From: Actinomycetota bacterium
GTDB taxonomy: Bacteria; Actinomycetota; Thermoleophilia; RBG-16-64-13
NCBI GenBank assembly: GCA_018830645.1
Contig: JAHJSA010000023.1
Span: 7,482-71,481 of the forward strand
DNA length: 64,000 nt
Reading direction: 5' to 3'
Position 1 is the stretch's first letter, and every line of letters starts with the position of its first letter. A model generated the notes under the pieces. That model searched no databases and was not told the origin of the DNA. It saw only the letters and a list, made by a program, of their open reading frames with translations. Position numbers and translations under genes: made by a program. Below, piece after piece: positions 1 to 12,345 of this stretch.

Positions 1-2
1 AC

Positions 3-1046
3 ACCACCCCCTCGGTGCTGATCGCCGAGGTGGCCGAGGCCCTCTGCGAGCGGTTCCCCTTCGAGATGGTGCGCTTCACCAACTCAGGCACGGAATCCAC
101 CATGGACGCCATTCGCCTGGCCCGAGGCTACACGGGTCGTGAGAAGATCATCAAACTCGAGGGCGGCTACCACGGCCACCATGACCTCGTGATGATGTCG
201 GTGCGTCCGCCTCTTGAGGAGGCCGGCCCGGAAGACAGGCCGAACACCGTGCCCTACTACGGCGGCATCACGAAGGGCACTGCCACGGAGGTAGTGGTGA
301 TCCCGTTCAACGACCTCGCCGCCCTTGAGCAGGCCTTCGCCGAGAACGCGGGTGAGGTTGCGGCCTTCATCCTCGAGCCCGTTCCGGAGAACATGGGCAT
401 CGTCCTTCCCGATGAGGGCTACCTGGCCGCCGCCAAGGAGATCTGCCACAAGCACGGCGCGTTGATCATCTTCGACGAAGTCAAGACGGGCATCACGTCG
501 AACTGGGGCGGCGCCGCCGCCGTCTACGGCGTCGCGCCGGATCTGTCCTGCCTCGCCAAGTCCATCGGCGGCGGGGTGCCCATCGGCGCTTTCGGCGGAA
601 GCCGGGAGATCATGGGCAAGATAGCCGACTGGACCGTAGCCCACCAAGGCACGTTCAACGGCAACCCCCTCGTGACGGCGGCTTCCCTGGCCGTGCTCAC
701 GAAGATCTGCACCCCGGACGCCACCGCCGCGGCCATCGCCCGTAACGATCGTCTGATCGCGGGCTGCCAGGCCATCATCGACGACACCGGCCTTCCCGCT
801 CACACGGTGAAGCTCGGCGCCAAGGGCTGCGTCACCTATGTGCCCGAGCGCGTGCGCACCTATCGCGACTACAAGAAGACAGACTTCGAGCTGGCGTATG
901 CCCACTGGATCTACATGATGAGCCACGGCATCTTCCTGCCTCCGGGCCTGGACGAGCAGTGGTTGGTGTCCGTACTCCATTCCGAGGAAGACATCGATAG
1001 GCACCTCACTGTCTTCGAGGGCTTCGTGCGCGAGGTGACCTCCTAG
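3..1046 (+). CDS. Class III PLP aminotransferase, glutamate-1-semialdehyde aminomutase-like (5' truncated by window edge)
   Basis: Motifs RFTNSGTE, GGYHG, FDEVKTG, AKSIGGG (PLP Lys), GTFNGNP; frame is open to the window start; ends TAG. Confidence 0.85.
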   Translation, partial: TTPSVLIAEVAEALCERFPFEMVRFTNSGTESTMDAIRLARGYTGREKIIKLEGGYHGHHDLVMMSVRPPLEEAGPEDRPNTVPYYGGITKGTATEVVVIPFNDLAALEQAFAENAGEVAAFILEPVPENMGIVLPDEGYLAAAKEICHKHGALIIFDEVKTGITSNWGGAAAVYGVAPDLSCLAKSIGGGVPIGAFGGSREIMGKIADWTVAHQGTFNGNPLVTAASLAVLTKICTPDATAAAIARNDRLIAGCQAIIDDTGLPAHTVKLGAKGCVTYVPERVRTYRDYKKTDFELAYAHWIYMMSHGIFLPPGLDEQWLVSVLHSEEDIDRHLTVFEGFVREVTS

Positions 1047-1091
1047 CGAGAGCGCCCGCGCCGTCGAGCGAACCGCCTCCCGGGAGAGATC

Positions 1092-2072
1092 ATGAGCAGC
1101 GTCCAACAGCAGGGCAGTACTATCGTCGTCGTGGGCGCGGGGCTGATGGGGGTGGGAGTCGCGCAGACCTTCGCGCAAGCCGGTCACCGGGTGGTCGTCA
1201 CCGACACGGACCAGGGCCGTCGCGACGAGGTCGCCACCCGGCTCGCGGCCCAGTTGGACTTCATGGTTCTACATGACCTGATCGGCGCCGAAGCGGCCGC
1301 CGGCGCAGCCGGCCTGGTCGCCACAGCATCTTCCATCGTGGAGGCGCTCGCCCCCGCAACGCAGGGCCGGGCCCCGTACCCCCTGATGGTCGTGGAGGCG
1401 GTGAACGAAGACTTGGCTCTCAAGCAGAGGCTGTTCGCCGAACTCGACGCCTCGACGCCGCCCACGACCATCCTCTGCAGCAACACTTCGGGGCTGTCGA
1501 TCACCCAGATCGCCCGCGATACCGTATCCCCCGAGCGGGTCTGCGGAGCCCACTTCTGGAACCCCCCACACCTGATACCCCTCGTCGAGGTGGTCTACGG
1601 CGAGAGCACCAGCGATTCGACCGCCGACTTGGTCGTCTCGCTTCTCGAAGACGCAGGCAAGACACCGGTCCGGGTGCGAAGAGACGTACCCGGGTTCGTG
1701 GGCAACCGGCTCCAGCATGCGCTACAACGGGAAGCCATGGCTCTCGTAGCGGCCGGCGTGGCGACCGCCGAGGAAGTGGATCTCGTGGTGACCCAGGGGT
1801 TCGGCCGAAGGCTCGGGGTGGTGGGCCCTCTCGCCGTGTGCGACATGTGCGGCCTCGACCTGATTCTGCAGGTCGACTCCTATCTGCTCCGCAATCTCGA
1901 ATCTTCGCCGGAACCCTCACCTCTCTTGGCCGAACTGGTATCGGAGGGGGCGGTGGGCGTGCGTTCGCATCGCGGCTTCCTGGAATGGGACGAAAAGCGG
2001 GTCACCTCGATGATCGCAGCCCGCGACGCGGCGCTCATCGCGGCCCTCAAAGCTCGGGACGCGAAGGCGTAG
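1092..2072 (+). CDS. 3-hydroxyacyl-CoA dehydrogenase family protein
   Basis: GAGLMG Rossmann motif, VEAVNE, SNTSGL, GAHFWNPPHLIPLVEVV, PGFVGNRL. Confidence 0.9.
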   Translation: MSSVQQQGSTIVVVGAGLMGVGVAQTFAQAGHRVVVTDTDQGRRDEVATRLAAQLDFMVLHDLIGAEAAAGAAGLVATASSIVEALAPATQGRAPYPLMVVEAVNEDLALKQRLFAELDASTPPTTILCSNTSGLSITQIARDTVSPERVCGAHFWNPPHLIPLVEVVYGESTSDSTADLVVSLLEDAGKTPVRVRRDVPGFVGNRLQHALQREAMALVAAGVATAEEVDLVVTQGFGRRLGVVGPLAVCDMCGLDLILQVDSYLLRNLESSPEPSPLLAELVSEGAVGVRSHRGFLEWDEKRVTSMIAARDAALIAALKARDAKA

Positions 2073-2089
2073 GACGGAGCTGCTGGCGC

Positions 2090-2123
2090 CGCCTCCCCGG
2101 GAAGACTACTTCCCGGGGAGGCG
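2090..2123. terminator. 15-bp perfect hairpin between convergent genes
   Basis: CGCCTCCCCGGGAAG-acta-CTTCCCGGGGAGGCG. Confidence 0.7.
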
Positions 2124-2130
2124 CCTGTCG

Positions 2131-2848
<718 letters not shown>

Positions 2849-2856
<8 letters not shown>

Positions 2857-3577
2857 CGTACTCCTCCTCCCCGAGGTAGGCGTCGAGGACCGCCGGGTTC
2901 TTGGAGATCTCGGCCGGAGTACCCTCCGCGATCTGGGAGCCGAAGTTGAGCACCACGATGCGGTGCGAGAGGTTCATGATCACCTTCATCACGTGCTCGA
3001 CCACCAGAAAGGTCATACCTTCGCTGTTGAGCCGGCGCACGAGAGCCAGGATGTCGTCGATCTCCACGGGAGTGAGCCCGGCGGCGACCTCGTCCAGCAA
3101 CAGCAGGTCTGGTTCGGTCGCAAGCCCCTTTCCGATCTCAAGACGTTTGAGCTCCATCAGCGTGAGGTCGCGGCCGAGCACGTCGGCCTTGTGGCCTATT
3201 CCCACCACATCGAGCACCTCGCGGGCCTTCGCTTCGGCCGCTCCAGTGGAGCCGTGCCGTACAAAGGCGCCGATCATCACGTTCTCGAGCGCGGTGATGT
3301 CGGGGAACGGCTGCACCACCTGGAACGTGCGCGTAAGCCCGAGCTTGCACATCTGGTGCGACTTGCGGCCGGTGACATCCTTGCCTTTGAAAAACACCGA
3401 TCCGGAGGTGGGCCGCAGGGCCCCGGCGAGCAGGTTGAAGCAGGTGGTCTTGCCGGCGCCGTTCGGGCCGATCAGACCGACGATCTCACCGCTGTCCACG
3501 TGGAACGTGAGGTCGCCCACAGCGGTGAGGCCTCCGAACACCCGGGTGAGGTTCTTCACCTCCAGCAGCGGAGTCAC
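2849..3577 (-). CDS. livG: ABC transporter ATPase (LivG-like)
   Basis: GPNGAGKTT, RTFQ, LLLLDE, AYLG; true start is likely GTG 3577 overlapping the livM TGA (GTGA). Confidence 0.9.
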
Positions 3578-4584
3578 GAGGCACCTCCTTCGGGCGCCGG
3601 GGCGGAAACCGAGTCGTCCGGGGTCTTCCAGATGCGGCTCCGGACGCTCTTCACGAGTCCCACTATGCCTTTCGGCATGAACAACATGGTGAACACCAGC
3701 ACGCCGCCGTAGAGGAGCAGGTGTGCTCCCTGGAACTGCGTGCCCAGTTCTGCCCGGGCGATCTCCGCCACGGGCACGAGTATCACAGCTCCCACCAGTG
3801 GGCCCCACACCGTGCCCAAGCCGCCGATGATGGCGAAGAGCAGTATCTGCACCGACACCATCTCGCCGAACACCACGCGCGGACCCACGTAGGTGAAGTA
3901 CTGAGCGAAGAACGTGCCGCCGGCGGCCGTCATGACGGCGCTGAGCACGTTGGCGTTGATCTTCGTGCCCAGGGTGTTCACGCCCATGGCTTCGGCGGCC
4001 TCTTCGTTCTCGCGCACGGCGATGAGCCGATACCCGAAGCGACGGCGGTTGAGCCACTGCGCGGTGAGCACCGCGAGCAACGTCATGACCAGGATGATGT
4101 AGAAGTAGGGCAACTTGCCGTCGAACTGCATCATGAACGGGTTGGTTCCGAGGTACTTCACCTCGAGTCCCGCGGCCCCGCCCATGGCCTTCCAGTTGCT
4201 CACCACGTAGACGGCCGCCTCCGCAAGGGCGATGGTCACCAGGGCGAAGTAGGCACCCTTCAAACCATAGCGGAACGTCGCGTAACCCACGAACCACCCG
4301 GCCGCGGCTGCGAACGCCATCCCCACGAACATGCCCACCCACGGGGTGAGTCCGAAGTTGAGCGCCAGGTACGTCGAGGCGTACGCGCCGATGCCCATGT
4401 AGAGCCCGTGTCCCAGCGAATGCTGGCCGGCGTACCCGCCCAGGATGTTCCAGGAGGTCGCAAGGTACGCCCAGATCAGGATGAGAATACCGATGTGCAC
4501 GTAGTAGGTCTTCAGAAAGAGCGGCAAGAAACCCGCCAGCCCGAAGACCACCACTGGGATGAGGAACTCCCTGTACCTTCTCAT
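3574..4584 (-). CDS. livM: ABC transporter permease (LivM-like)
   Basis: WNILGGYAGQHSLGH, GAYFALVT, IIGGLGTVWGP; ATG 4584 overlaps the livH stop (ATGA). Confidence 0.9.
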   Translation of the reverse strand: MRRYREFLIPVVVFGLAGFLPLFLKTYYVHIGILILIWAYLATSWNILGGYAGQHSLGHGLYMGIGAYASTYLALNFGLTPWVGMFVGMAFAAAAGWFVGYATFRYGLKGAYFALVTIALAEAAVYVVSNWKAMGGAAGLEVKYLGTNPFMMQFDGKLPYFYIILVMTLLAVLTAQWLNRRRFGYRLIAVRENEEAAEAMGVNTLGTKINANVLSAVMTAAGGTFFAQYFTYVGPRVVFGEMVSVQILLFAIIGGLGTVWGPLVGAVILVPVAEIARAELGTQFQGAHLLLYGGVLVFTMLFMPKGIVGLVKSVRSRIWKTPDDSVSAPAPEGGAS

Positions 4585-5459
4585 GACTGCCTCTTGCTCA
4601 GGATGCCCTGCGGGCGGAACAGCAGGAAGAGTACGAAGATGCCGAAGGTGAGCACCCGCGAAAGCGAGCCCGGCATGATGGCCGCGCCGAGGCTCTCGGT
4701 GAGTCCGATGATCAGGCCCCCGACGAACGCGCCGAGGAAGTTGCCCATGCCGCCCAGGACAACCACCACGAAGGCTATAAGGCCGAGGAACAGGCCGACA
4801 GTGGGCGACGTGTAGTAGAAGGGCAACAGCAGCGAAGCCGCGATGCCCAAGCACGCCGATCCCATGCCGAAGGCAAGCAGGTAGGTGAAGCGCACATCGA
4901 CGCCCTGGAGAATCGCAGCCGTGGGGTTCTGCGCGGCAGCCCGGATCCAACGACCGATATCGGTGGTCTTGAGGATGTAGTACAGGGCGAGAGTCGCGAT
5001 GATGGAGCCGAAGAACGCGATGAGTTCGGTGAGAGTCACCACGACCCCGCCGACGGTGTAGTTGATGCCCGTGTAGCGCGTACGCACTGACAGAACGTCA
5101 GCCTTGAAGAGCACCAGCGCCAGATTCTGGAGGATCAACGAGATACCCAATGTGAGCATGATCTGGTTCATCTGGGGATGCTTGAGGATCGGCTTGATGC
5201 TCACCTGGAATATCCCGATCCCTATGAAGAACAACGCGGGAGTCGTGATCAGGATGGTCAGGTAGGGGTCCATCCCGAACTGCGTCACCAAGAAGTAGGT
5301 GAGGTACAGCCCGATCATGAGGAATTCGCCGTGAGCGAAGTTGATGATCTTCATGACGCCCCAGATGAGTGTCAGCCCGATGGAGATGAGGGCGAACACA
5401 CCACCGATCATCAGACCGCTGGCAATAGCCTGGAGGATCACTGAGAGTGAGAAAGTCAT
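4581..5459 (-). CDS. livH: ABC transporter permease (LivH-like)
   Basis: GLTLIWGVMKIINFAHGEF, VVVVLGGMG, LLFRPQG. Confidence 0.92.
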   Translation of the reverse strand: MTFSLSVILQAIASGLMIGGVFALISIGLTLIWGVMKIINFAHGEFLMIGLYLTYFLVTQFGMDPYLTILITTPALFFIGIGIFQVSIKPILKHPQMNQIMLTLGISLILQNLALVLFKADVLSVRTRYTGINYTVGGVVVTLTELIAFFGSIIATLALYYILKTTDIGRWIRAAAQNPTAAILQGVDVRFTYLLAFGMGSACLGIAASLLLPFYYTSPTVGLFLGLIAFVVVVLGGMGNFLGAFVGGLIIGLTESLGAAIMPGSLSRVLTFGIFVLFLLFRPQGILSKRQS

Positions 5460-5592
5460 ACCGCCTCCGCGGAGGTTGCACTAGCTTGACGGGACTTCCT
5501 GCCGTGAAACCGGCCGGCCCCCACAAGGAGGGCCGGCCTGGATTTCCTACACGAGTCGGACCGCCGCCTCACAGCAGAGTCCGCACTCCACG

Positions 5593-6864
5593 CTACTCCG
5601 GTATCCGGATCTCGGCGGCGGCGTACTCGGCCGGCCACACCGGGATCAGCTCGCCGTCCTGGATCTGCACCACGAACAGCGGAGCACTCAGGTTCTGACC
5701 GTCGGGCCCGAACTCAAGTACGGCCGTGGGCAGTACCATGGTCGGCCCTGAGGGCATCTTCGTTGCCGCAAGGGCCTGGCGCACGGCTTCGCGGTCGGCG
5801 GAGCCGGCACGCTCGAGAGCGTCGGCGATCAGGTAGCCCGCCTGGTACGCGTATGCACCGTTACCGGTGATGTCGCGCCCGTACGCGGCGAAGAACTTGT
5901 CGTTCAGCACCTCGGCGCCGGCCGCATACTTGGTGTACTCGATCTCCGTGAGGATGCCCTCGGCAGCCTCGGCCAGGCGGGCGACGAACTCGGGGTCGAT
6001 GGTGCCGCCGGCGGCGTCAAAGAAGAGCTGCTTCATGCCCAACTTCTCACGCGCCTGAGCGATAAGGATGGAGTCGTTCAGGTAGGTCACCGTCAGCACG
6101 ACGTCCGGGTTCGCGGCCTTGATCTTGCTTACCTCGGTGGTGAGGTCGGCCTTGGCTGCGGGATAGGCCACCTCTACCACCATCTCCATACCGGCTTCTT
6201 CCAGGTACTTCTTCTGACCGGCAGAGGTGGACTCGCCGAAGTCGGTGTCCTCATGCAGGAGGGCCACTCTCTTCACGTCGAGGCCGATCAGGTCCTTCAG
6301 GTCCTTCAGCAATTCCACCTGATCCTTCGCGTACCAGGCCGCCTTCGGGCAGATGCGGAACGTGTACATGAAGTCGCGCTCGGTGATCGTGTCGGCGACA
6401 GCCATGCTCACGATGAACGGCGTCTTCAGCTTCTCGGCCGCCTGTGTCGAGGGAATGGCCACGCTGGACTGGTACGTACCGATGATCGCCGAGACTTCCT
6501 CCTGCTGCACGAGACGCTCGACCTCGCTGATCGCGACGTCAGGCTTGCCCTGGGAGTCGGCCTCGACCAGTTCGAGCATGGCGCCGCCCATGGACTTGAT
6601 GCCGCCCGCGGCGTTGATCTCTTCGATGGCCAGCTTGAGACCTTGCACGTTCTCCTCGCCGAGCTTCGCGAGGTCGCCGGTAACCGGGTAGAGCGACGCG
6701 ATCTTGACGCTCTCCGCCGTACCGGCAGTCGTTTCTGTGGTGCCCGCCGCCGTGGTGTCGGTAGTGCCCGCCGCCGTGGTCGTGGTTGTCGTCTCACCGC
6801 ACGCGGCGGTGAAGAGAGCCACGGCCAAGACCAGCACCATGACTACTATCAAACGACCCTTCAT
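5593..6864 (-). CDS. ABC substrate-binding lipoprotein (LivK/LivJ family)
   Basis: Lipobox TAAC, Thr-rich linker, EEINAAGGI, YTFRI; heads the liv operon. Confidence 0.88.
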   Translation of the reverse strand: MKGRLIVVMVLVLAVALFTAACGETTTTTTAAGTTDTTAAGTTETTAGTAESVKIASLYPVTGDLAKLGEENVQGLKLAIEEINAAGGIKSMGGAMLELVEADSQGKPDVAISEVERLVQQEEVSAIIGTYQSSVAIPSTQAAEKLKTPFIVSMAVADTITERDFMYTFRICPKAAWYAKDQVELLKDLKDLIGLDVKRVALLHEDTDFGESTSAGQKKYLEEAGMEMVVEVAYPAAKADLTTEVSKIKAANPDVVLTVTYLNDSILIAQAREKLGMKQLFFDAAGGTIDPEFVARLAEAAEGILTEIEYTKYAAGAEVLNDKFFAAYGRDITGNGAYAYQAGYLIADALERAGSADREAVRQALAATKMPSGPTMVLPTAVLEFGPDGQNLSAPLFVVQIQDGELIPVWPAEYAAAEIRIPE

Positions 6865-7078
6865 GTACGTACCCCCGTCTTCGAATGGTGTTGTGGAGCC
6901 CTGATTCGTGGACAGCGCCCAACGCTCCCGTGCTTTCAGGGATCCACTGGGAGGCCCGCGACCCTCAGTGGCCGCGATCGCAGCCTCATGACCGCCCCAG
7001 TCTACTCGAACTCCGGGCGGCTGTACAGAGCATCGCTGAACGGCGGTCAGACCACCGACCGCTCGACCACTGGTTGCC

Positions 7079-9610
7079 TCAGCGCACCACCAGGTTCACC
7101 AGCTTGCCGGGCACCACGATCTCCTTCACCAGCGACATTCCGTCCAGGTGCTTGGCCACGCCGGGCACCTGCTTTGCGGCGGCAAGGACGTCCTCACGGG
7201 ATGCGGCGGCGGGCACCGTGACGCGGTCGCGCACCCTGCCGTTCACCTGCACGGCCAGTTCGACAGTCTCGTGGGCGAGGAACCGGGGATCGGCTACGGG
7301 CCACGGTTCGTCCCAGACACGCTCGCGGCCCATCATCTCCCACAGCTCCGCTCCCAGGTGGGGAGCGAACGGCTCCAACAACCGCACAAGGGTCTCCGTC
7401 GCGACCGCCAGGACAGCCGCCTCATCCTGGGTGCGGCCGAACTCCTCGTCCTCCGCCGAGCCCCGAAACGCGGTGATCTCGTTGTTCAATTCCATGATGG
7501 CCGCAAGGGCGGTGTTGAAGTGGAAACGCTCCGCGATATCCATGGTCACCTTCTCGATCACCTGGTTCGTCTTGACAACGAGTCCCCGCATGCGTGGGGT
7601 GAGGGCGGTCTCGTCGGGGAGTCTGCGCGGTGCAGTGCTCGCGAACAGACCGGCGTCGATCGCTTCGGTGACCTGCCGCCAGACCCGGGTGAGGAAGCGG
7701 AAGGTGCCCTCGATGCCCTTGTCGTTCCATTCCACGTCGCTCTCCCCCGGGCCCATGAACATGATGTAGCTGCGGAGAGAGTCGGCGCCGTAGCGGGCCA
7801 CGTGCTCGTCGGGGTTCACCACGTTGCCCTTGCTCTTGGACATCTTGGCGCCCTTGTAGTAGATCATGCCCTGCGTGAAGAGGTTCCTGAAGGGCTCCTC
7901 GAAGCCAACCAGCCCCAGGTCGTAGAGCACCTTCGTGAAGAAGCGCGAGTACATCAGATGGAGGATCGCGTGCTCCACCCCGCCTATGTACTGGTCGACG
8001 GGCAGCCAGTAGTCCACCGCCGCCCGGTCGAAGGCGACATCGTCGCGCCACGGTGAAGCGTAGCGCAGGTAGTACCAGGACGAGTCAACGAACGTGTCCA
8101 TGGTGTCGGGATCGCGCGTGGCCGCGCCGCCACACGTGGGGCAGGTCGTATTGATCCAATGCTCGGCGGCCGCGAGGGGCGACTTTCCCTTCGGGGCGTA
8201 ATCGCGTATCTCGGGGAGCAGCAGCGGGAGCTGTTCCTCAGGCACCGCGGTCTCTCCGCACGTCTCGCAGTAGACGATTGGGATGGGGCATCCCCAATAG
8301 CGCTGACGCGAGAGCAGCCAATCGCGGAGCTTGTAGTTCACCGCGAAGTCGGCCTTGCCTTGCTCCCTGAGCCACTCCGTCACCGCGCGGATGCCCTCGG
8401 TCTTCGGCAGCCCGTCGAACCGCCCACTGTTGACCAGGAGTCCGTCGCCGGCGTAGGCGGCCGTCAACTCCCCTGCATCGTCCTTGAACTCGGCGGGGCT
8501 CTCGATCACCTCGACGACCGGCAGCCCGTACTTCCGGGCGAAGGCGTAGTCACGCTCGTCGTGCCCGGGTACGGCCATGATGGCTCCGGTGCCGTAGTCC
8601 ATGAGCACGTAGTCGGCTATGTATATGGGGATCAGCGCTCCGTTCACCGGGTTCACCGCGTGACGGCCCGTGAACACCCCGGTCTTCTCCTTCTCGGTGC
8701 TGGCCCGGTCGATCGCCGACATCCCCATCGCCGCGACGACGTAGCTCCGCACCTCGGCCTCGTAGACCGAACCCTGGACCAACTCGTCGACCAACGGATG
8801 CTCCGGAGCGAGGATGAAGAAGGTCGCACCGAACAGAGTATCGGGACGGGTGGTGAACACCGTGATCTCGTGTTCGCCGACGGTGAAGACCACCTCGGCG
8901 CCTTCCGAGCGTCCGATCCAATTGCGCTGCATCGTGATGACCCGCTCAGGCCAGGATTCGAGCTTGTCGAAATCGGCGAGCAGGCGCTCGGCGTAGTCGG
9001 TGATGCGGAAGAACCACTGGCGCAGCTTCTTGGCCTCGACGGCGGAGTCGCAACGCTCGCACACGCCTTGGATCACCTGCTCGTTCGCCAGCACAGTCTG
9101 GCACGACGGGCACCAGTTCACCGGGGCTTCCTTCTTGTAGGCGAGGCCCTTGTTGTAGAACTGGATGAACAGCCACTGGGTCCACTTGTAGTAGTCGGGT
9201 CGGCACGTCGCCAGTTCCCGGCTCCAGTCGATGGCCACCCCCAGCCTGCGGAGCTGCCGGTTGATGGTGCTGATCGCCCTCTCGGTGAAGGCGGCGGGAT
9301 GCTCGCCGGTCTGGATGGCCACGTTCTCGGAGTTGAGGCCGAAGGCGTCGTAGCCCATGGGGTGGAGCACTCGCTGACCCTTATGGCGGCGGTAGCGGGC
9401 GACCACGTCACCCATGGTGTAGTTCTTCACGTGCCCCATGTGCGCGCTACCGGAAGGGTACGGGAACATCTCGAGCACGTACGTGGAGCCGGGCCCCTCG
9501 CCCGAGGCCGGCTCTTCCGCAGTGGGGTTCGGTGCGAAGAAGGTCTCTTCGCGCTCCCAGACCTCCTGCCACTTCGTCTCGATGCGTTCCGGATCGTACG
9601 TTGCCGCCAT
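7079..9610 (-). CDS. leuS: Leucine--tRNA ligase
   Basis: MFPYPSG..HMGH, DWLLSRQRYWG, GGVEHA, KMSKS. Confidence 0.98.
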   Translation of the reverse strand: MAATYDPERIETKWQEVWEREETFFAPNPTAEEPASGEGPGSTYVLEMFPYPSGSAHMGHVKNYTMGDVVARYRRHKGQRVLHPMGYDAFGLNSENVAIQTGEHPAAFTERAISTINRQLRRLGVAIDWSRELATCRPDYYKWTQWLFIQFYNKGLAYKKEAPVNWCPSCQTVLANEQVIQGVCERCDSAVEAKKLRQWFFRITDYAERLLADFDKLESWPERVITMQRNWIGRSEGAEVVFTVGEHEITVFTTRPDTLFGATFFILAPEHPLVDELVQGSVYEAEVRSYVVAAMGMSAIDRASTEKEKTGVFTGRHAVNPVNGALIPIYIADYVLMDYGTGAIMAVPGHDERDYAFARKYGLPVVEVIESPAEFKDDAGELTAAYAGDGLLVNSGRFDGLPKTEGIRAVTEWLREQGKADFAVNYKLRDWLLSRQRYWGCPIPIVYCETCGETAVPEEQLPLLLPEIRDYAPKGKSPLAAAEHWINTTCPTCGGAATRDPDTMDTFVDSSWYYLRYASPWRDDVAFDRAAVDYWLPVDQYIGGVEHAILHLMYSRFFTKVLYDLGLVGFEEPFRNLFTQGMIYYKGAKMSKSKGNVVNPDEHVARYGADSLRSYIMFMGPGESDVEWNDKGIEGTFRFLTRVWRQVTEAIDAGLFASTAPRRLPDETALTPRMRGLVVKTNQVIEKVTMDIAERFHFNTALAAIMELNNEITAFRGSAEDEEFGRTQDEAAVLAVATETLVRLLEPFAPHLGAELWEMMGRERVWDEPWPVADPRFLAHETVELAVQVNGRVRDRVTVPAAASREDVLAAAKQVPGVAKHLDGMSLVKEIVVPGKLVNLVVR

Positions 9611-9761
9611 GGGGTGGAGTTCCTTTCGCCGAACCGATACCGGTCACCGCGGCGCTCGTGGATCGACGCCGCCTGCCCGGCAGTCCCACAGTCGCCCGGG
9701 CTTCGGATGACTATTCTAACCTGTGGAGGAGTCAGAGAACTCACCGAGAAGTCAGGCAGCG

Positions 9762-10265
9762 ATGCACCACCCTCACCACATCCGCCCGGCGGCGACTCTC
9801 GTCGCCTCGCTCCTCGTCGCGTGGCTCTCGCTCGCGGCGACGGTCGCCGGCTGCGCCGCCGAGTCGGTTCCCCGGGAGCGAGTGGGAGCGTCCATCGATC
9901 CCACCACGCTCGAGTTCCCCGAGGTGGACCCGATCTACGTGCGGTCGCTGCGCGAAGCCGTCGAGCGGTTCCTCACGCACAGAAGAGACGGTGAGTGGTC
10001 GCAGGCGTACGATCTCCTGGACGCCGCGAGCAAGGAACTCGAATCGCCCGACGATTACGTGGCGAGGCACGAGTCACCCTCGGTCGTCACCCTGCTCGAC
10101 TACACGGTAGAGGGGGTCACGTTCGTGCCGGGGTATGACGACCTTGGGGTGGCCAGGGTCGAACTGCGGGTTCTCAATCGGAAGTCTGAGGAGACGTGGG
10201 TGGAGCACCTGTGGCTGGTACGGGAGGGAGATGCGTGGTTCGTGAGTCCGAACCTGTTGCGATGA
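9762..10265 (+). CDS. Hypothetical lipoprotein
   Basis: Hydrophobic signal ending VAGC; divergent from leuS; start uncertain (9723 or 9762). Confidence 0.55.
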   Translation: MHHPHHIRPAATLVASLLVAWLSLAATVAGCAAESVPRERVGASIDPTTLEFPEVDPIYVRSLREAVERFLTHRRDGEWSQAYDLLDAASKELESPDDYVARHESPSVVTLLDYTVEGVTFVPGYDDLGVARVELRVLNRKSEETWVEHLWLVREGDAWFVSPNLLR

Positions 10266-10289
10266 GCGACCGCGCTTCCTCGCCGGTGG

Positions 10290-12317
10290 TCAGGCTCGGC
10301 CCACCGTGCCGCCCCGCCCGGCTCTGTCACGAACCCGACGAAGCTCTCCGGCCAGCCCTTTGATCTCGTCGCGCAGGGTGGCCGCGTACTCGAAGCGCAG
10401 CTCCTCCGCCGCCAAGAACATCTCCTCCTCCAGGGACACGATGAGCCGCTCGATCTCTTCCGGAGCCAGGTCAGCGCCGCCGGCCCCCGTCCTTCTCTTC
10501 TCCTTGTAGGGCACTTCACTCAAGCCGAGAAGTTGGGTGATGTCCGAGATGCCCTTGACGATCGTCTGCGGGACAACCCCATGGATCTCGTTGAACGCCT
10601 CCTGCGCCGCCCTACGGCGGTCGGTTTCGCTCAGGGCGCGTTCCATCGCGTTCGTCATCTTGTCGGCGTACATGATCACCCGGCCATCGATGTTCCGCGC
10701 GGCCCGCCCGATCGTCTGGATCAGAGCGGTCTCGCCTCGCAGGAAGCCCTCCTTGTCGGCGTCGAGGATCGCCACCAGGGTGACCTCGGGCAGGTCGAGC
10801 CCTTCCCGCAGTAGGTTGATGCCCACGAGCACGTCGAACTCGCCGAGCCTCAGGTCGCGCACGATCTGGATGCGCTCGAGAGTGTCGATCTCCGAGTGCA
10901 TGTAGCGCACGCGGAACCCCATCTCGAGCAGGTAGTCGGTGAGGTCTTCCGACATCTTCTTGGTGAGGGTGGTCACCAGCGAACGCTCTCCACGGTCGGC
11001 GCGCGACCGCACCTCGTTCATGAGGTCGTCGATCTGGTTGCGCGTGGGTCGCACCTCTACCATCGGGTCCACCAGCCCGGTGGGACGCACCAGTTGCTCC
11101 ACTACCTGGTCCGACACCGAGATCTCATACTCCGCGGGCGTCGCGGATACGAACACCACTTGCTTGACGCGCTCCTGGAACTCCTCGAAGCGCAATGGGC
11201 GGTTGTCAAGGGCCGAAGGGAGGCGGAAGCCGTTGTCGACGAGAGCGGTCTTGCGGCTACGGTCGCCGTGATACATGCCCCGCAGCTGTGGCACCGTGTT
11301 GTGCGATTCGTCGATGAACACGAGGAAGTCGTCTGAGAAGTAGTCGAGTAGGGTGTGCGGCGGCGTGCCCGGCTCCCTGCCGTCGAGAATGCGCGAGTAG
11401 TTCTCGATGCCCGAGCAGTACCCGACCTCGCGCAGCATCTCCATATCGTAGCGAGTGCGTTGCCTCAACCTGAAGGCCTCGAGCTGCTTCCCCTTGGACT
11501 CGAGCTCGGCGATCTGCACCTCGAGTTCTTCGCCGATCTCCTGCACGGCACGTTCGACGGCGCCCTCGGCGGTCACAAAGTGAGTGGCCGGATATATGGC
11601 CACCGCCGGGAGTCGACCAATCACGTTCTGCGTGAGGGGGTCGACCCGCACGATCTCCTCGATCTCGTCGCCGAAGAGACGCACCCGCACGGCCAGATCT
11701 TCGTAGGCCGGCCAGACCTCGAAACTGTCGCCCCGAACCCGGAACTTGCCCCGGGTGAACCCCACGTCGTTTCGCTCGTATTGGATCGCGACCAGCTTGG
11801 CGAACACCTCGCTCCGGTCGACCTCAGCGCCCTCGCGCAGCAGCACCACTTGGCGGAGGTACTCCTCGGGCGACCCCAGCCCGTAGATGCACGACACGGA
11901 GGCCACGATCACCACGTCGTCGCGCATCAGAAGGTTGCTCGTGGCCGAGTGCCGCAGGCGGTCGATCTCCTCATTGATGTGGGAGTCCTTCTCGATGTAG
12001 GTGTCGGTGGCGGCGATGTAGGCTTCCGGCTGGTAGTAGTCGTAGTACGAGACGAAGTACTCCACCGCGTTCTCGGGAAGGAACTCACGGAACTCGTTGC
12101 AGAGCTGGGCCGCGAGGGTCTTGTTGTGGGCGATGACGAGCGCGGGCCGGCCGGCCTTGGCGATCACATTGGCCATGGTGAAGGTCTTGCCCGACCCAGT
12201 CACTCCGAGCAGGGTCTGGAACCGGTCGCCGCGCTCGACTCCGGCCAGGAGGCGGTCGATGGCCTCCGGCTGGTCGCCGCGGGGAACGTAGTCGGCCCTG
12301 AGGTGGAAGCCGCTCAC
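10290..12317 (-). CDS. uvrB: Excinuclease ABC subunit B
   Basis: [33 protein letters not shown]-terminal UVR domain. Confidence 0.98.
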   Translation of the reverse strand: MSGFHLRADYVPRGDQPEAIDRLLAGVERGDRFQTLLGVTGSGKTFTMANVIAKAGRPALVIAHNKTLAAQLCNEFREFLPENAVEYFVSYYDYYQPEAYIAATDTYIEKDSHINEEIDRLRHSATSNLLMRDDVVIVASVSCIYGLGSPEEYLRQVVLLREGAEVDRSEVFAKLVAIQYERNDVGFTRGKFRVRGDSFEVWPAYEDLAVRVRLFGDEIEEIVRVDPLTQNVIGRLPAVAIYPATHFVTAEGAVERAVQEIGEELEVQIAELESKGKQLEAFRLRQRTRYDMEMLREVGYCSGIENYSRILDGREPGTPPHTLLDYFSDDFLVFIDESHNTVPQLRGMYHGDRSRKTALVDNGFRLPSALDNRPLRFEEFQERVKQVVFVSATPAEYEISVSDQVVEQLVRPTGLVDPMVEVRPTRNQIDDLMNEVRSRADRGERSLVTTLTKKMSEDLTDYLLEMGFRVRYMHSEIDTLERIQIVRDLRLGEFDVLVGINLLREGLDLPEVTLVAILDADKEGFLRGETALIQTIGRAARNIDGRVIMYADKMTNAMERALSETDRRRAAQEAFNEIHGVVPQTIVKGISDITQLLGLSEVPYKEKRRTGAGGADLAPEEIERLIVSLEEEMFLAAEELRFEYAATLRDEIKGLAGELRRVRDRAGRGGTVGRA

Positions 12318-12345
12318 GTCGGGCCCGATCGAGATCGTGGGGCGG